From positions 1 to 64,000 of the IMG/VR virus record IMGVR_UViG_2869455143_000004: 64,000 nt of DNA, one strand, 5' to 3'. The notes beneath the pieces were generated by a model, which worked only from the letters and a program-made list of their open reading frames with translations, was not told the DNA's origin and made no database searches. The position numbers were made by a program, and so were the translations under genes. Below, one piece after another: positions 56,471 through 64,000 of the stretch. Position 1 is the stretch's first letter. Each line of letters starts with the position of its first letter. This DNA comes from a virus. Taxonomy: Duplodnaviria > Caudoviricetes.

Positions 56471-57496
56471 TTGAACTATCCGAATATTATCGACATGAAT
56501 TCGAGTTTTCCCGAGCTTACGGGGATCACTCCAGAGGAAGTTGCACAGAATCTACGCAAATTCATGGCGGATAAAGAGGCATATTCTGAAAATACGTTCA
56601 AAAAACTAACATCGGTTGTCCGGGCGTGGGCTGTGTGGTGCCAGAAAAATCAGATCGCGCCGCTGCCGATTATGCCCGATTGCGCCAGAGCTTATTTTCT
56701 GGAACTACATGAAGCCGGTGTTGCATCCACCAGCATCACCAATCATTTTGCGATGCTTAACATGTTGGCCCGAATTTGTGGGCTTCCCGATCTAAAAAAC
56801 AGTACAGAAGTGCAGCTGGCGATGAAGAAAATTCGCCGCCAGTCCGTTCTTGGCGGAGAGAAAACCGGACAGGCCGTCCCGTTCCGGCTCGCCGACCTGC
56901 AGTTAGCCAGTCATATTTTGTCCCAGTCCGACCGGCTTGCCGATTTGCGAAACCTCGCTTTTCTGTATGTAGCCTATAACTCGCTTCTTCGAATACAGGA
57001 AATCGCCCGAATCCGGGTAAAAGACTTATCCGTTAACGATGAGCGGATAATCATGGACATTTCTCACACAAAAACAGTCGTGACCGCCGCAGGTGTCATC
57101 AAGCATCTGAGTGTTCCAGCCAGTAACATGTTGAAAAAATGGCTAAATACTTCAGAGCTGATCAGCCATCCCGACGCGGTTGTGTTTTGTCGTGTATTTA
57201 AAAATGATCGGGTACAGATATCAGAAACGCCGATGACGACGCCTTCACTGGAAAAAATATTCCAGGATACCTGGCGGCTGCTGGGCAGACCATCGCAAAC
57301 TACCAACAAAGGCAGGTATGAAATGTGGTCTGGACATAGCGCCCGGGTCGGAGCTGCACAAGATATGGCTGAGCGCGGTGTGAGTATGGCGCAGATAATG
57401 CACGAAGGAACATGGTCAAAACCAGAGACAGTAATGCGCTATTTACGACGCCTGAAGAACGAAAACAGCGCCATGAGTGACATCATGGAAAGGTAG
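56471..57496 (+). CDS. cre: Cre/Dre-family tyrosine recombinase
   Basis: RN.AFL.VAYN.L.R..EI.R, HTKT, GHSARVGAA.DMA, GTW.KPET.MRY; 341 aa. Confidence 0.95.
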   Translation: MNYPNIIDMNSSFPELTGITPEEVAQNLRKFMADKEAYSENTFKKLTSVVRAWAVWCQKNQIAPLPIMPDCARAYFLELHEAGVASTSITNHFAMLNMLARICGLPDLKNSTEVQLAMKKIRRQSVLGGEKTGQAVPFRLADLQLASHILSQSDRLADLRNLAFLYVAYNSLLRIQEIARIRVKDLSVNDERIIMDISHTKTVVTAAGVIKHLSVPASNMLKKWLNTSELISHPDAVVFCRVFKNDRVQISETPMTTPSLEKIFQDTWRLLGRPSQTTNKGRYEMWSGHSARVGAAQDMAERGVSMAQIMHEGTWSKPETVMRYLRRLKNENSAMSDIMER

Positions 57497-57503
57497 ATAC
57501 ATA

Positions 57504-57514
57504 TTATTCTAAGG
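57504..57514. promoter_or_regulatory. Candidate C1 operator
   Basis: TTATTCTAAGG, 10/11 match on the reverse strand. Confidence 0.5.
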
Positions 57515-57577
57515 CTTTTATTTGTTGTAACGTGACTGTTATTAGGACAAAATCGGACACACGCCAAAGGAGGTGTT

Positions 57578-57898
57578 ATGTCGGATCTTGTCCTGCTTCA
57601 CAGACACTTTGTCATTGACCATTGCAAGGTTAGTTTTACTGCAGGCATCAAACATGGTCGTGCCGTGGTAGTTTTTGGCATTGCCACCCAATCCGAAGTA
57701 ACCCCCCTCCTGACGCTTGAAAAAGAGTACCCGGACCGTAACGCCGCTTGCCAGTACGTACAGCGAGTGACCGAAACGGCAGCGCGCAAGTTGCTGGTTT
57801 ACTACCAGAACGAGCACCAGCCATTAGTTGACCGCATCAATAACGTGTTTTCCGGGCCAATCCGACTGGAATATTCCAGTCGCCACAAACCAGCGTAA
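57578..57898 (+). CDS. upfA: UpfA-like protein
   Basis: TE.AARK motif; GGAGG RBS. Confidence 0.55.
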   Translation: MSDLVLLHRHFVIDHCKVSFTAGIKHGRAVVVFGIATQSEVTPLLTLEKEYPDRNAACQYVQRVTETAARKLLVYYQNEHQPLVDRINNVFSGPIRLEYSSRHKPA

Positions 57899-57907
57899 GA
57901 GAAGCGA

Positions 57908-58360
57908 ATGTCCGTATCGTCAAACGTTGTGCGCCTGTTCGTCGCCGTTGCAAGCGCCCATGACATAAATGATCCAGTCGGCAACTTCAGCAACGGGTCT
58001 TATGTGGACTCATACAGTGGATATTACTTCGGTCCTGACATTTTCCAGCATCCCAAGACATTAGCCACTCTGGTTAAGAACGGGGTGATCGAGTTTTGCC
58101 GCGACCAGGAGCATGGAGAAGTGATCCGTTTCGACGACCGGCGCGACGTTCTTGACGAGTTCCAGCGCGGGATAATTGACGCGGAGGCCGGTAATCCTGA
58201 TGACGCGGAGGACTCCACCAGCCCTTACGCCTACCTTGCCGGTAGAAAGTTCTTCAATCAGCGCCAGCGCTACGGGGGAATGGCGTACAGAGAGGACCAG
58301 GGACGTGTCTGTCATGGAATGGTGTGTGCTGACACCGGGGAACGATGGGAACAAGGGTGA
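57908..58360 (+). CDS. ppfA: PpfA-like protein
   Basis: 150 aa; YSGY...PD...GMAYR..QG.VCHG.VC.DTGE.W. Confidence 0.55.
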   Translation: MSVSSNVVRLFVAVASAHDINDPVGNFSNGSYVDSYSGYYFGPDIFQHPKTLATLVKNGVIEFCRDQEHGEVIRFDDRRDVLDEFQRGIIDAEAGNPDDAEDSTSPYAYLAGRKFFNQRQRYGGMAYREDQGRVCHGMVCADTGERWEQG

Positions 58361-58370
58361 TAGACAGAAA

Positions 58371-58397
58371 AAAGGGGGCCATTACAGCCCCCCTTCT
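58371..58397. terminator. Probable bidirectional terminator
   Basis: A run-GGGGGC-7 nt-GCCCCC-TTCTT. Confidence 0.65.
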
Positions 58398-58442
58398 TCA
58401 TTGCGATTTAGCCTTTGAAAAAGCCACTGACAGGATAGCAAA

Positions 58443-58925
58443 TTGAACAACGCCTTCCCACAATTACAGATCTTTTCTTCTCCATACCCGGACGTTGCCG
58501 CCGCCATTATCGCGATCTATTGCGGTGAAAAGCGCGGCCTGACGCTTTCCCGCCGGGATTTTACCGCCCTTCTACCTGGCGTCAGCACCGATCACATTCG
58601 CAAAACGCTACGTGACTTTCTTGAAAACAAGACGCTGGCCCGGAGCGGATGCCGGTACCGGCTCGCGGTTACTCCCGCCAGAATTATTGGCATGAAGCCG
58701 TACCGCCTTTATCGCGTGGATTTACAGATTCTGCGACTCATTCAGTCAAGAGGCGTCATTACGGCAAGCGACATGCTGCGGGTAAACGGCGTGTCACGAA
58801 CGATATTTCTGAGATCTGCCGCAAGGCTGAAAAAGCTGGGACTGATTGAGTCCTATCAAGACAAACCACTCCCGGCAGCATGCCGGTACTACAAATTTAA
58901 AACACAGGAAAATATCCATGAGTAA
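58443..58925 (+). CDS. Tandem winged-helix-like protein
   Basis: Two HTH-like segments. Confidence 0.55.
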   Translation: MNNAFPQLQIFSSPYPDVAAAIIAIYCGEKRGLTLSRRDFTALLPGVSTDHIRKTLRDFLENKTLARSGCRYRLAVTPARIIGMKPYRLYRVDLQILRLIQSRGVITASDMLRVNGVSRTIFLRSAARLKKLGLIESYQDKPLPAACRYYKFKTQENIHE

Positions 58926-59388
58926 ATTACAGATTTGCAAGATTGATGAAGGCGCAACGGTACCAATGCTGGCTGGTGGCTCTACTTTCCCTATTGAGGC
59001 TACAGACATTCGTTTTGAGGCCGTCATCCGCAATGCCGGTAATCACGCAAAGGCGTACTGGCTGAAAACAGGGCTGGCGTTTAACGTCCCTGAAGGCCAC
59101 GTGCTGAAGGTTTACTCTGCACCTGATATCGCAAGAGCTAACCATGCCAGACTTGCCGAATGCGTAGCGCTGGTGGAGCCTGGCGACCATTCAGAGCTTA
59201 TTCTGCGTATGGTGATCGACGATGGCGGTAAATCATTTGAGCCTAAAGCGGGGATGATTGTCGCCCGTGCAATGCTGGAAAAGATTGTCTGCCCGGAGCT
59301 GGAAGAAGTAGACAGCTTTGATGTGCCGAAATCAGCTAAAAGCACCAGTCAACCCAAAGGGGATGTAACCGCAAAGGCTGGTAAATAA
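58918..59388 (+). CDS. Degenerate trimeric dUTPase-fold protein
   Basis: TGLAF.VPEG...V and fold spacing retained; catalytic motifs absent. Confidence 0.65.
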   Translation: MSKLQICKIDEGATVPMLAGGSTFPIEATDIRFEAVIRNAGNHAKAYWLKTGLAFNVPEGHVLKVYSAPDIARANHARLAECVALVEPGDHSELILRMVIDDGGKSFEPKAGMIVARAMLEKIVCPELEEVDSFDVPKSAKSTSQPKGDVTAKAGK

Positions 59389-59389
59389 C

Positions 59390-60064
59390 ATGGAATACAT
59401 CATCGGCAAAGGGGTGAGTGTCTTCACCCTCGATGGCAACGAAATCGACCAGAACAATATTGATCTGGCCTTGTTTACCCTTACCGGCTTCACCCCCATT
59501 AATACCAATGGCGTTACGGTATGGGAGCGCGGTAGCGAGCGCTACTGGACGCCACCAGACACGCAGATAGAGGACGCGGATAGCATTTCTGAACATCTGA
59601 ATGCGAAGGTAATGGTACCGTCACAGGATGCCAGTTTCGCGCAACGGCTATTGCGCCTGGTGCCGATGGTAGTCAATCCGATCGTGTTTATTGAAGGTCG
59701 TTTAGTTGGTGGCTGGCAGGTCGAGAATAACCCGGAGCCGAGCACCGGCGACATTATGACAAACGGTCATCAATCCCATTCTTACCAGGACACCGTTTTA
59801 CCCATGGCTATTGCAATGGTGTTTCTGCAGGTACAGGGGCTGGGCCAACAAGCCTGGGTCTATATTGGGGAGCACGATGCCGCGCAGCCGGAGCTACATT
59901 ACGTGGTCCCTCACCCGCGTACCCTGGCATTGTTGGAAAGCACACCTGCATTCATCCGCGCGCCGGAGCTTGATAAGTTCGCGGTAGTCGGTCCGTCGCC
60001 AGACTTGATACAAGAAGCGTTTACGACCGCTAAGCTAAAGCAGGCCGCGCTCGTTCCTGAGTAA
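59390..60064 (+). CDS. Hypothetical protein
   Basis: 224-aa coupled ORF. Confidence 0.7.
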   Translation: MEYIIGKGVSVFTLDGNEIDQNNIDLALFTLTGFTPINTNGVTVWERGSERYWTPPDTQIEDADSISEHLNAKVMVPSQDASFAQRLLRLVPMVVNPIVFIEGRLVGGWQVENNPEPSTGDIMTNGHQSHSYQDTVLPMAIAMVFLQVQGLGQQAWVYIGEHDAAQPELHYVVPHPRTLALLESTPAFIRAPELDKFAVVGPSPDLIQEAFTTAKLKQAALVPE

Positions 60065-60096
60065 TCACCGACCGGCCCCCACCAGGGGGCTGTTAT

Positions 60097-60528
60097 TCAC
60101 CCTTCAGCATCTTCCGCTAACAATTCAAGCATTGACGGTTTAGGGTTATCAGCCACGATCTGAGTTGGTGAGCTGCAGGCGTCTACTTCCGCCTCTTTGC
60201 GGGGCTTGCTGTCGGCATTCAGCCACTGATGGATTAGCGCAGGCATCTGGCCCTTCGTTAAATCGGGTTTAAACCACAAGCTGTACGCCGTCCGGGAGCC
60301 ACCAGCAGCTGCATACTCCGCGAAATTGACAATGTAACCCTCCACTCCCTTTTTAAACTCTACGTCATCCATTTTATTACCATTTAACGCGACCATGCCT
60401 GAGTCCTGATAAATGATAACTTTGCGCGTACCGCACTCGAAATTAAGCGCACGTAAGCTGGTGGATTGTCCTACTGTCGGAACAGAGATTAGCAATGCAG
60501 AAATTAAAACCCGTTTTATATTTTTCAT
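60097..60528 (-). CDS. Predicted periplasmic protein
   Basis: N-terminal signal-peptide pattern; two Cys. Confidence 0.65.
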   Translation of the reverse strand: MKNIKRVLISALLISVPTVGQSTSLRALNFECGTRKVIIYQDSGMVALNGNKMDDVEFKKGVEGYIVNFAEYAAAGGSRTAYSLWFKPDLTKGQMPALIHQWLNADSKPRKEAEVDACSSPTQIVADNPKPSMLELLAEDAEG

Positions 60529-61013
60529 ATTTCCCTACCAGACTAAAAAGCAATAAATATGCTTTCACTTATATCTGGCGAGATAGGTTATAGGACTTTC
60601 CGCAACAATAGTATGTTATTAAGCAATAATCTTTAACGCCCCAACCTGAGCGCGTCAGCTGCCGCGCGTCCTGTGGCTCATGGCTTCTTGCTATGACTGG
60701 GCGTGTTGGCTATTAGACATTATTTTCTAAGGGTTTACTTTAATTTTAATTATAACAACTAAAGGAGGGCAATGAGCAGGTTACTATAAAAACTCATTTG
60801 CTCACCTGCCCCTGAAGAAAATAACATAGCCACCAACGAGAAATGATAAAAACAAAGGGCTGAACATGAAAATCAAACTAAAGCTTGTTATCTTTACTTT
60901 TAAAATAAATCTTCATATTGAAAGATTGTGTAATTGAATAACCAACAGTACGTTTACGCTCCGTAGTGGTCTATGATTAATCCGCTATTCAATAAACAAA
61001 AACGAGGCTTTAC

Positions 61014-61223
61014 ATGGATGAAGAATATATCGAGGCTTTAAACCTGAACCCAAACCATAGATTTGAGTTAATCAGTAGCCGAAACGAGGACCGCAAAGGG
61101 CGTGATACGGACTATTACACGTATCGTGAGTATGACGAACAAGGCAACGACCTTGGTACCATTACAGTCGCCGATACGACGTCACATTTCCCGCCACAAA
61201 GACGGACGATTACACGGGCTTAG
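61014..61223 (+). CDS. Hypothetical protein
   Basis: GAGG RBS; 69 aa. Confidence 0.6.
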   Translation: MDEEYIEALNLNPNHRFELISSRNEDRKGRDTDYYTYREYDEQGNDLGTITVADTTSHFPPQRRTITRA

Positions 61224-61264
61224 AAAGTTAGGTAGGAAAGGGGGTAATTGTACCCCCTATATGG

Positions 61265-61756
61265 TTAGTTACCGACGGCTACTGCAGCATACGCTTCACG
61301 CATCGCCTCATGGAGTTCCGCAAACTTCTCTGCCTTGTACATCGTTTCCCATGACAGCCAGTTGGTTGTGACCATGGCCCAATGAGGCCCGCAATTAAGC
61401 ATAGGGTCCAGAGGCACCTTTGCCCCTTCCTGGTACACCGCCTCTATCATTCGAACGCAGCGCCCAAAATCATCAACGTCACGGGGGTAAGCATGCTCAG
61501 CGCTACAGCTCCCCGTCAGCATAGCTGCCATATAAAGACTGCTGTCCCCCACATCATCACTGGCAAGCCACGCATTCAATCCTACCCCCTTCAAGCCCAC
61601 GACAGGCTTACGGGCGAACTCCTTAACGATTAAATTGGCTGCTTCGATTATCGTGTTGTAACGGTGGTCTACAGTGAGGCCAGGAATCTGGCGGCACAGT
61701 TCTGTAGAAATGGCACTTATTAAAGCAATCTGGTCTATCTGGTGGGTGTCGCTCAT
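61265..61756 (-). CDS. Conserved phage hypothetical protein (WLAS.D.G.SS...P.D..DFGRC)
   Basis: Start reassigned to MSDTHQ at 61756. Confidence 0.65.
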   Translation of the reverse strand: MSDTHQIDQIALISAISTELCRQIPGLTVDHRYNTIIEAANLIVKEFARKPVVGLKGVGLNAWLASDDVGDSSLYMAAMLTGSCSAEHAYPRDVDDFGRCVRMIEAVYQEGAKVPLDPMLNCGPHWAMVTTNWLSWETMYKAEKFAELHEAMREAYAAVAVGN

Positions 61757-61778
61757 TGCTGGCTTCCTTGTAATGGAT

Positions 61779-62219
61779 TCAGGCGACCTGGTGGCAGGTA
61801 ACGCCCATAGAACGGATAGCGGCGCACACGTCCGGGTTATCATCGAACGCACACAAAATGTTTTCGGTACCGATGTTCCTGATCCAGTCGCGCTTAACCT
61901 CAGCTGGTGGTCGGTGCTCTTTCTCCCCACGCATGATCAGGCGGTCATAAGGGATCTGGAATAGCGATAACCAGGCAGCGGTTTCCGCATAGGCCACCTC
62001 TCCCCGGCTGGTAAGTATGAAAATCCTGTAATGTCTGCTCAGTGCCACCAGCAACGCGATATTCGCCATGATGGGAGTATCTTTCTCACACGCCAGGCTA
62101 AAACGGTCCCAGTTCGGCGCGTAACCCATCATGTCCGGGCCAGGAATCAGATACTCACGGTGGCGGTGGTCAGCCAACGTATTGTCCAGGTCAAACACCA
62201 CGATATCTGCAGTGGTCAC
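61779..62219 (-). CDS. pap: HAD-family phosphatase (P1 Pap / PNK-phosphatase-like)
   Basis: VFDLDNTL, LTSRG, FDDNP. Confidence 0.85.
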   Translation of the reverse strand: MTTADIVVFDLDNTLADHRHREYLIPGPDMMGYAPNWDRFSLACEKDTPIMANIALLVALSRHYRIFILTSRGEVAYAETAAWLSLFQIPYDRLIMRGEKEHRPPAEVKRDWIRNIGTENILCAFDDNPDVCAAIRSMGVTCHQVA

Positions 62220-62263
62220 AAAAACACTCCTGTCATTCGTAAGTGAACAATAAAAATTAAATG

Positions 62264-62345
62264 TAATTCTAAGGTGTTTGTATTTATCGAATGGATAAAT
62301 TACAACATTCCGTTTTATACTCTGAGAATACCATTAAATCTAAGG
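62264..62345. promoter_or_regulatory. Two candidate C1 operators between pap and ref
   Basis: TAATTCTAAGG (62264-62274) and TAAATCTAAGG (62335-62345). Confidence 0.65.
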
Positions 62346-62364
62346 TATTTTAAAAGGGTTGTTC

Positions 62365-63003
62365 ATGCTTAGTACAGAGGATCGGGATGCACTCTACGAA
62401 AAACAGCGAATCGCAGCGCAACGGCAGCGCGAGCGTCAGAAAACCAAGCTGGCTGACCCAGCTTATCGGCAACATCAACAGGAAAAACGCCAGGCGGCAG
62501 CACAACGATCCGCCGAAAAACGATTAGCCCGTATCCGTTCGCCGGAGTATCAGGAAGCGCAGCGTGAAAAACAGCGCATTAAGCGACAGGAATCGGCACA
62601 GAAACCACGTACAACACTTACCGTTACCAAACCCCGCAAAACCTCAACGCGAGGACTGAAAGGCCGAACCCCAACTGCAGACGAACGGCGCGTAATGGAT
62701 GCGTTAGCCAAACTCCCCTGCACCGCTTGCTGGCTGCATAAGCACCACCAGCCAATTGTCAGCCTGCATCATGTAAATGGGCGCACTGCAGCTGGCGCGC
62801 ATATGGATGTTTTACCGTTGTGCCGGTGGCATCACCAGGACGCGGCCTCAAAAGCAGATCGAGAGCAATACCCGTGGCTGGTGCCGGTTCATGCCAGCGG
62901 CAATGTTGGCGGAAAGGCCGAATTTACGCGCCTGAACGCCTCGGAAGAGGATTTGCTACTCATGGCCTACAAACAGGCTGGAATAACCAGAGAGGGGCGC
63001 TAA
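62365..63003 (+). CDS. ref: Ref, RecA-dependent HNH nuclease
   Basis: RGLKGRTPTA.E, C.AC, LHH..GRT, LPLCRWHHQ, YPWLVPVH. Confidence 0.95.
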   Translation: MLSTEDRDALYEKQRIAAQRQRERQKTKLADPAYRQHQQEKRQAAAQRSAEKRLARIRSPEYQEAQREKQRIKRQESAQKPRTTLTVTKPRKTSTRGLKGRTPTADERRVMDALAKLPCTACWLHKHHQPIVSLHHVNGRTAAGAHMDVLPLCRWHHQDAASKADREQYPWLVPVHASGNVGGKAEFTRLNASEEDLLLMAYKQAGITREGR

Positions 63004-63230
63004 TGGCTCGCACAACAACGGAACGGGCCTTAAATCCCCACGGTCACGTATATGTACTGGATGGATTGACCAAACTCCATATTTGCAAGATTTGCGGAAC
63101 CTGTGAGCGCCGGAACGGACAATATTGGTGGGCTGGTAAGTGGAGTAAGACAGAGCCGCCGTGCGGCCTCAATACTGAGGAACAACGGGACTGGCATAAA
63201 AGCGCCAACCCCGACAACGAAGACAGCTAA
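63003..63230 (+). CDS. Small Cys-rich hypothetical protein
   Basis: TAATG coupling to ref; CKICGTC. Confidence 0.65.
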   Translation: MARTTTERALNPHGHVYVLDGLTKLHICKICGTCERRNGQYWWAGKWSKTEPPCGLNTEEQRDWHKSANPDNEDS

Positions 63231-63249
63231 CACACTGCCTGCTTTCTTA

Positions 63250-63480
63250 TCACCACATCTTTCTGGCGCGATCAATTTGCTTACGAACATGCTCGCTGGT
63301 TGCATTAGGATGCGCGCCACCAAGATACGAAGTCATTTCTTTAGCAAAATCATCAAATGAAGCACCATTCGCTTTTGCGTCTTTTATTGCTGATTTTGCT
63401 TCTTTTTGGTCAATTGGATGACCAGCAAAAACTCCATCAGCACATCCAAAGCTACGCCCAACCTTTTTCTTCCAAGGCAT
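63250..63480 (-). CDS. Hypothetical protein
   Basis: GGAG RBS; 76 aa. Confidence 0.6.
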   Translation of the reverse strand: MPWKKKVGRSFGCADGVFAGHPIDQKEAKSAIKDAKANGASFDDFAKEMTSYLGGAHPNATSEHVRKQIDRARKMW

Positions 63481-63691
63481 CTTCTTCTCCTTTTTTGATT
63501 GTCATAATCGCCGAGTACACCGGCTGCGAAAACGTCACCGAAAACAAGCGGTTGAATTCACGCAGACCAGTATGGCGTAAACGATACATAATTCCACCGC
63601 TTAAGCTGCCTATTCTTGATTATGAAGGAGGTCAACCAACCCTTACTCAACTCACCGTGACTAATAATTTTTCCTTTGACATGAAAAAACA

Positions 63692-63713
63692 CAAAGTACA
63701 AACCGCATAAAAT
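63692..63713 (+). promoter_or_regulatory. Late promoter
   Basis: CAAAGTACA-AACCGCA-TAAAAT. Confidence 0.75.
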
Positions 63714-63801
63714 CCTCGCAGCTGTTGTGTTCCCTTGAGGGTACTTTTGACAATTTAACTTCCTGCTTTAGCGCGGTTGGGAACATCAATAGCCAGTAAG
63801 G

Positions 63802-63822
63802 GGCCGCAATCGCGGCCTTTTT
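63802..63822 (+). terminator. Terminator-like hairpin inside the late leader
   Basis: GGCCGC-AATC-GCGGCC-TTTTT. Confidence 0.7.
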
Positions 63823-63842
63823 GCTTTCTGGAGGATAGAAAA

Positions 63843-64000
63843 TTGAGTCAAAAAATAGCTGTTTTCAGTCTCTCAACATCAAACCCGCTCTATGTCACCG
63901 CTATCTATAACGATGACAACAACCTGATAATGAGCATCCCGAAACCACTCCCCAACTCATTAAAACAACAACGAGTAAAAGTGATCCCCGCCATCGAGAA
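63843..64000 (+). CDS. Partial CDS, probably a late gene (MSQKIAVFSL...)
   Basis: GGAGG RBS, TTG start, frame open to the window edge. Confidence 0.65.
   Translation, partial: MSQKIAVFSLSTSNPLYVTAIYNDDNNLIMSIPKPLPNSLKQQRVKVIPAIE

Larger units (their letters stand above)
1..64000. mobile_element. P1/D6-like phage-plasmid (partial genome)
   Basis: P1-type capsid, sheath, Dar antirestriction, pacAB, c1, lpa, Cre/Dre-like recombinase and ref homologues, together with a plasmid partition pair; no host housekeeping genes in the window. Confidence 0.97.

Noticed and set aside
4813-59754. Many antisense and nested ORFs in the six-frame track
   Set aside because: Shadows of well-supported genes with no RBS or motifs
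60866-60937. 23-aa peptide MKIKLKLVIFTFKINLHIERLCN
   Set aside because: AT-rich context and weak RBS; cannot be told apart from chance
63357-63710. 117-aa plus-strand ORF
   Set aside because: Overlaps an RBS-supported minus-strand gene and a promoter; composition not protein-like

Overview
The whole window is part of a P1/D6-like temperate phage-plasmid of an enterobacterial host, divergent from P1 itself. It contains: an early leftward operon of small hypothetical genes; capsid, sheath, tube, tape-measure and baseplate genes; a tail-fibre locus with three invertible Sv-U cassettes and a Cin-type invertase; the lydA/lydB-hdf-darA-ddrA-ddrB-hxr operon; a TIGR02594/CHAP-like endolysin in place of P1 lyz; repL, pro, prt, darB, ulx, lxc, pmgM, gp25, lpa; a ParM/ParR partition pair; pacA/pacB; c1; a Dre/Cre-like recombinase; and ref. 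Reading the sequence directly gave a new rox/lox-like 34-bp site, an 11-copy late-promoter motif, a repeated candidate C1 operator, a pac hexamer cluster, two candidate antisense RNAs (against lpa and against the repL leader), a candidate head-protease cleavage motif and a degenerate dUTPase. Gene names come from my recall of P1/D6 protein sequences plus synteny; no database search was run.
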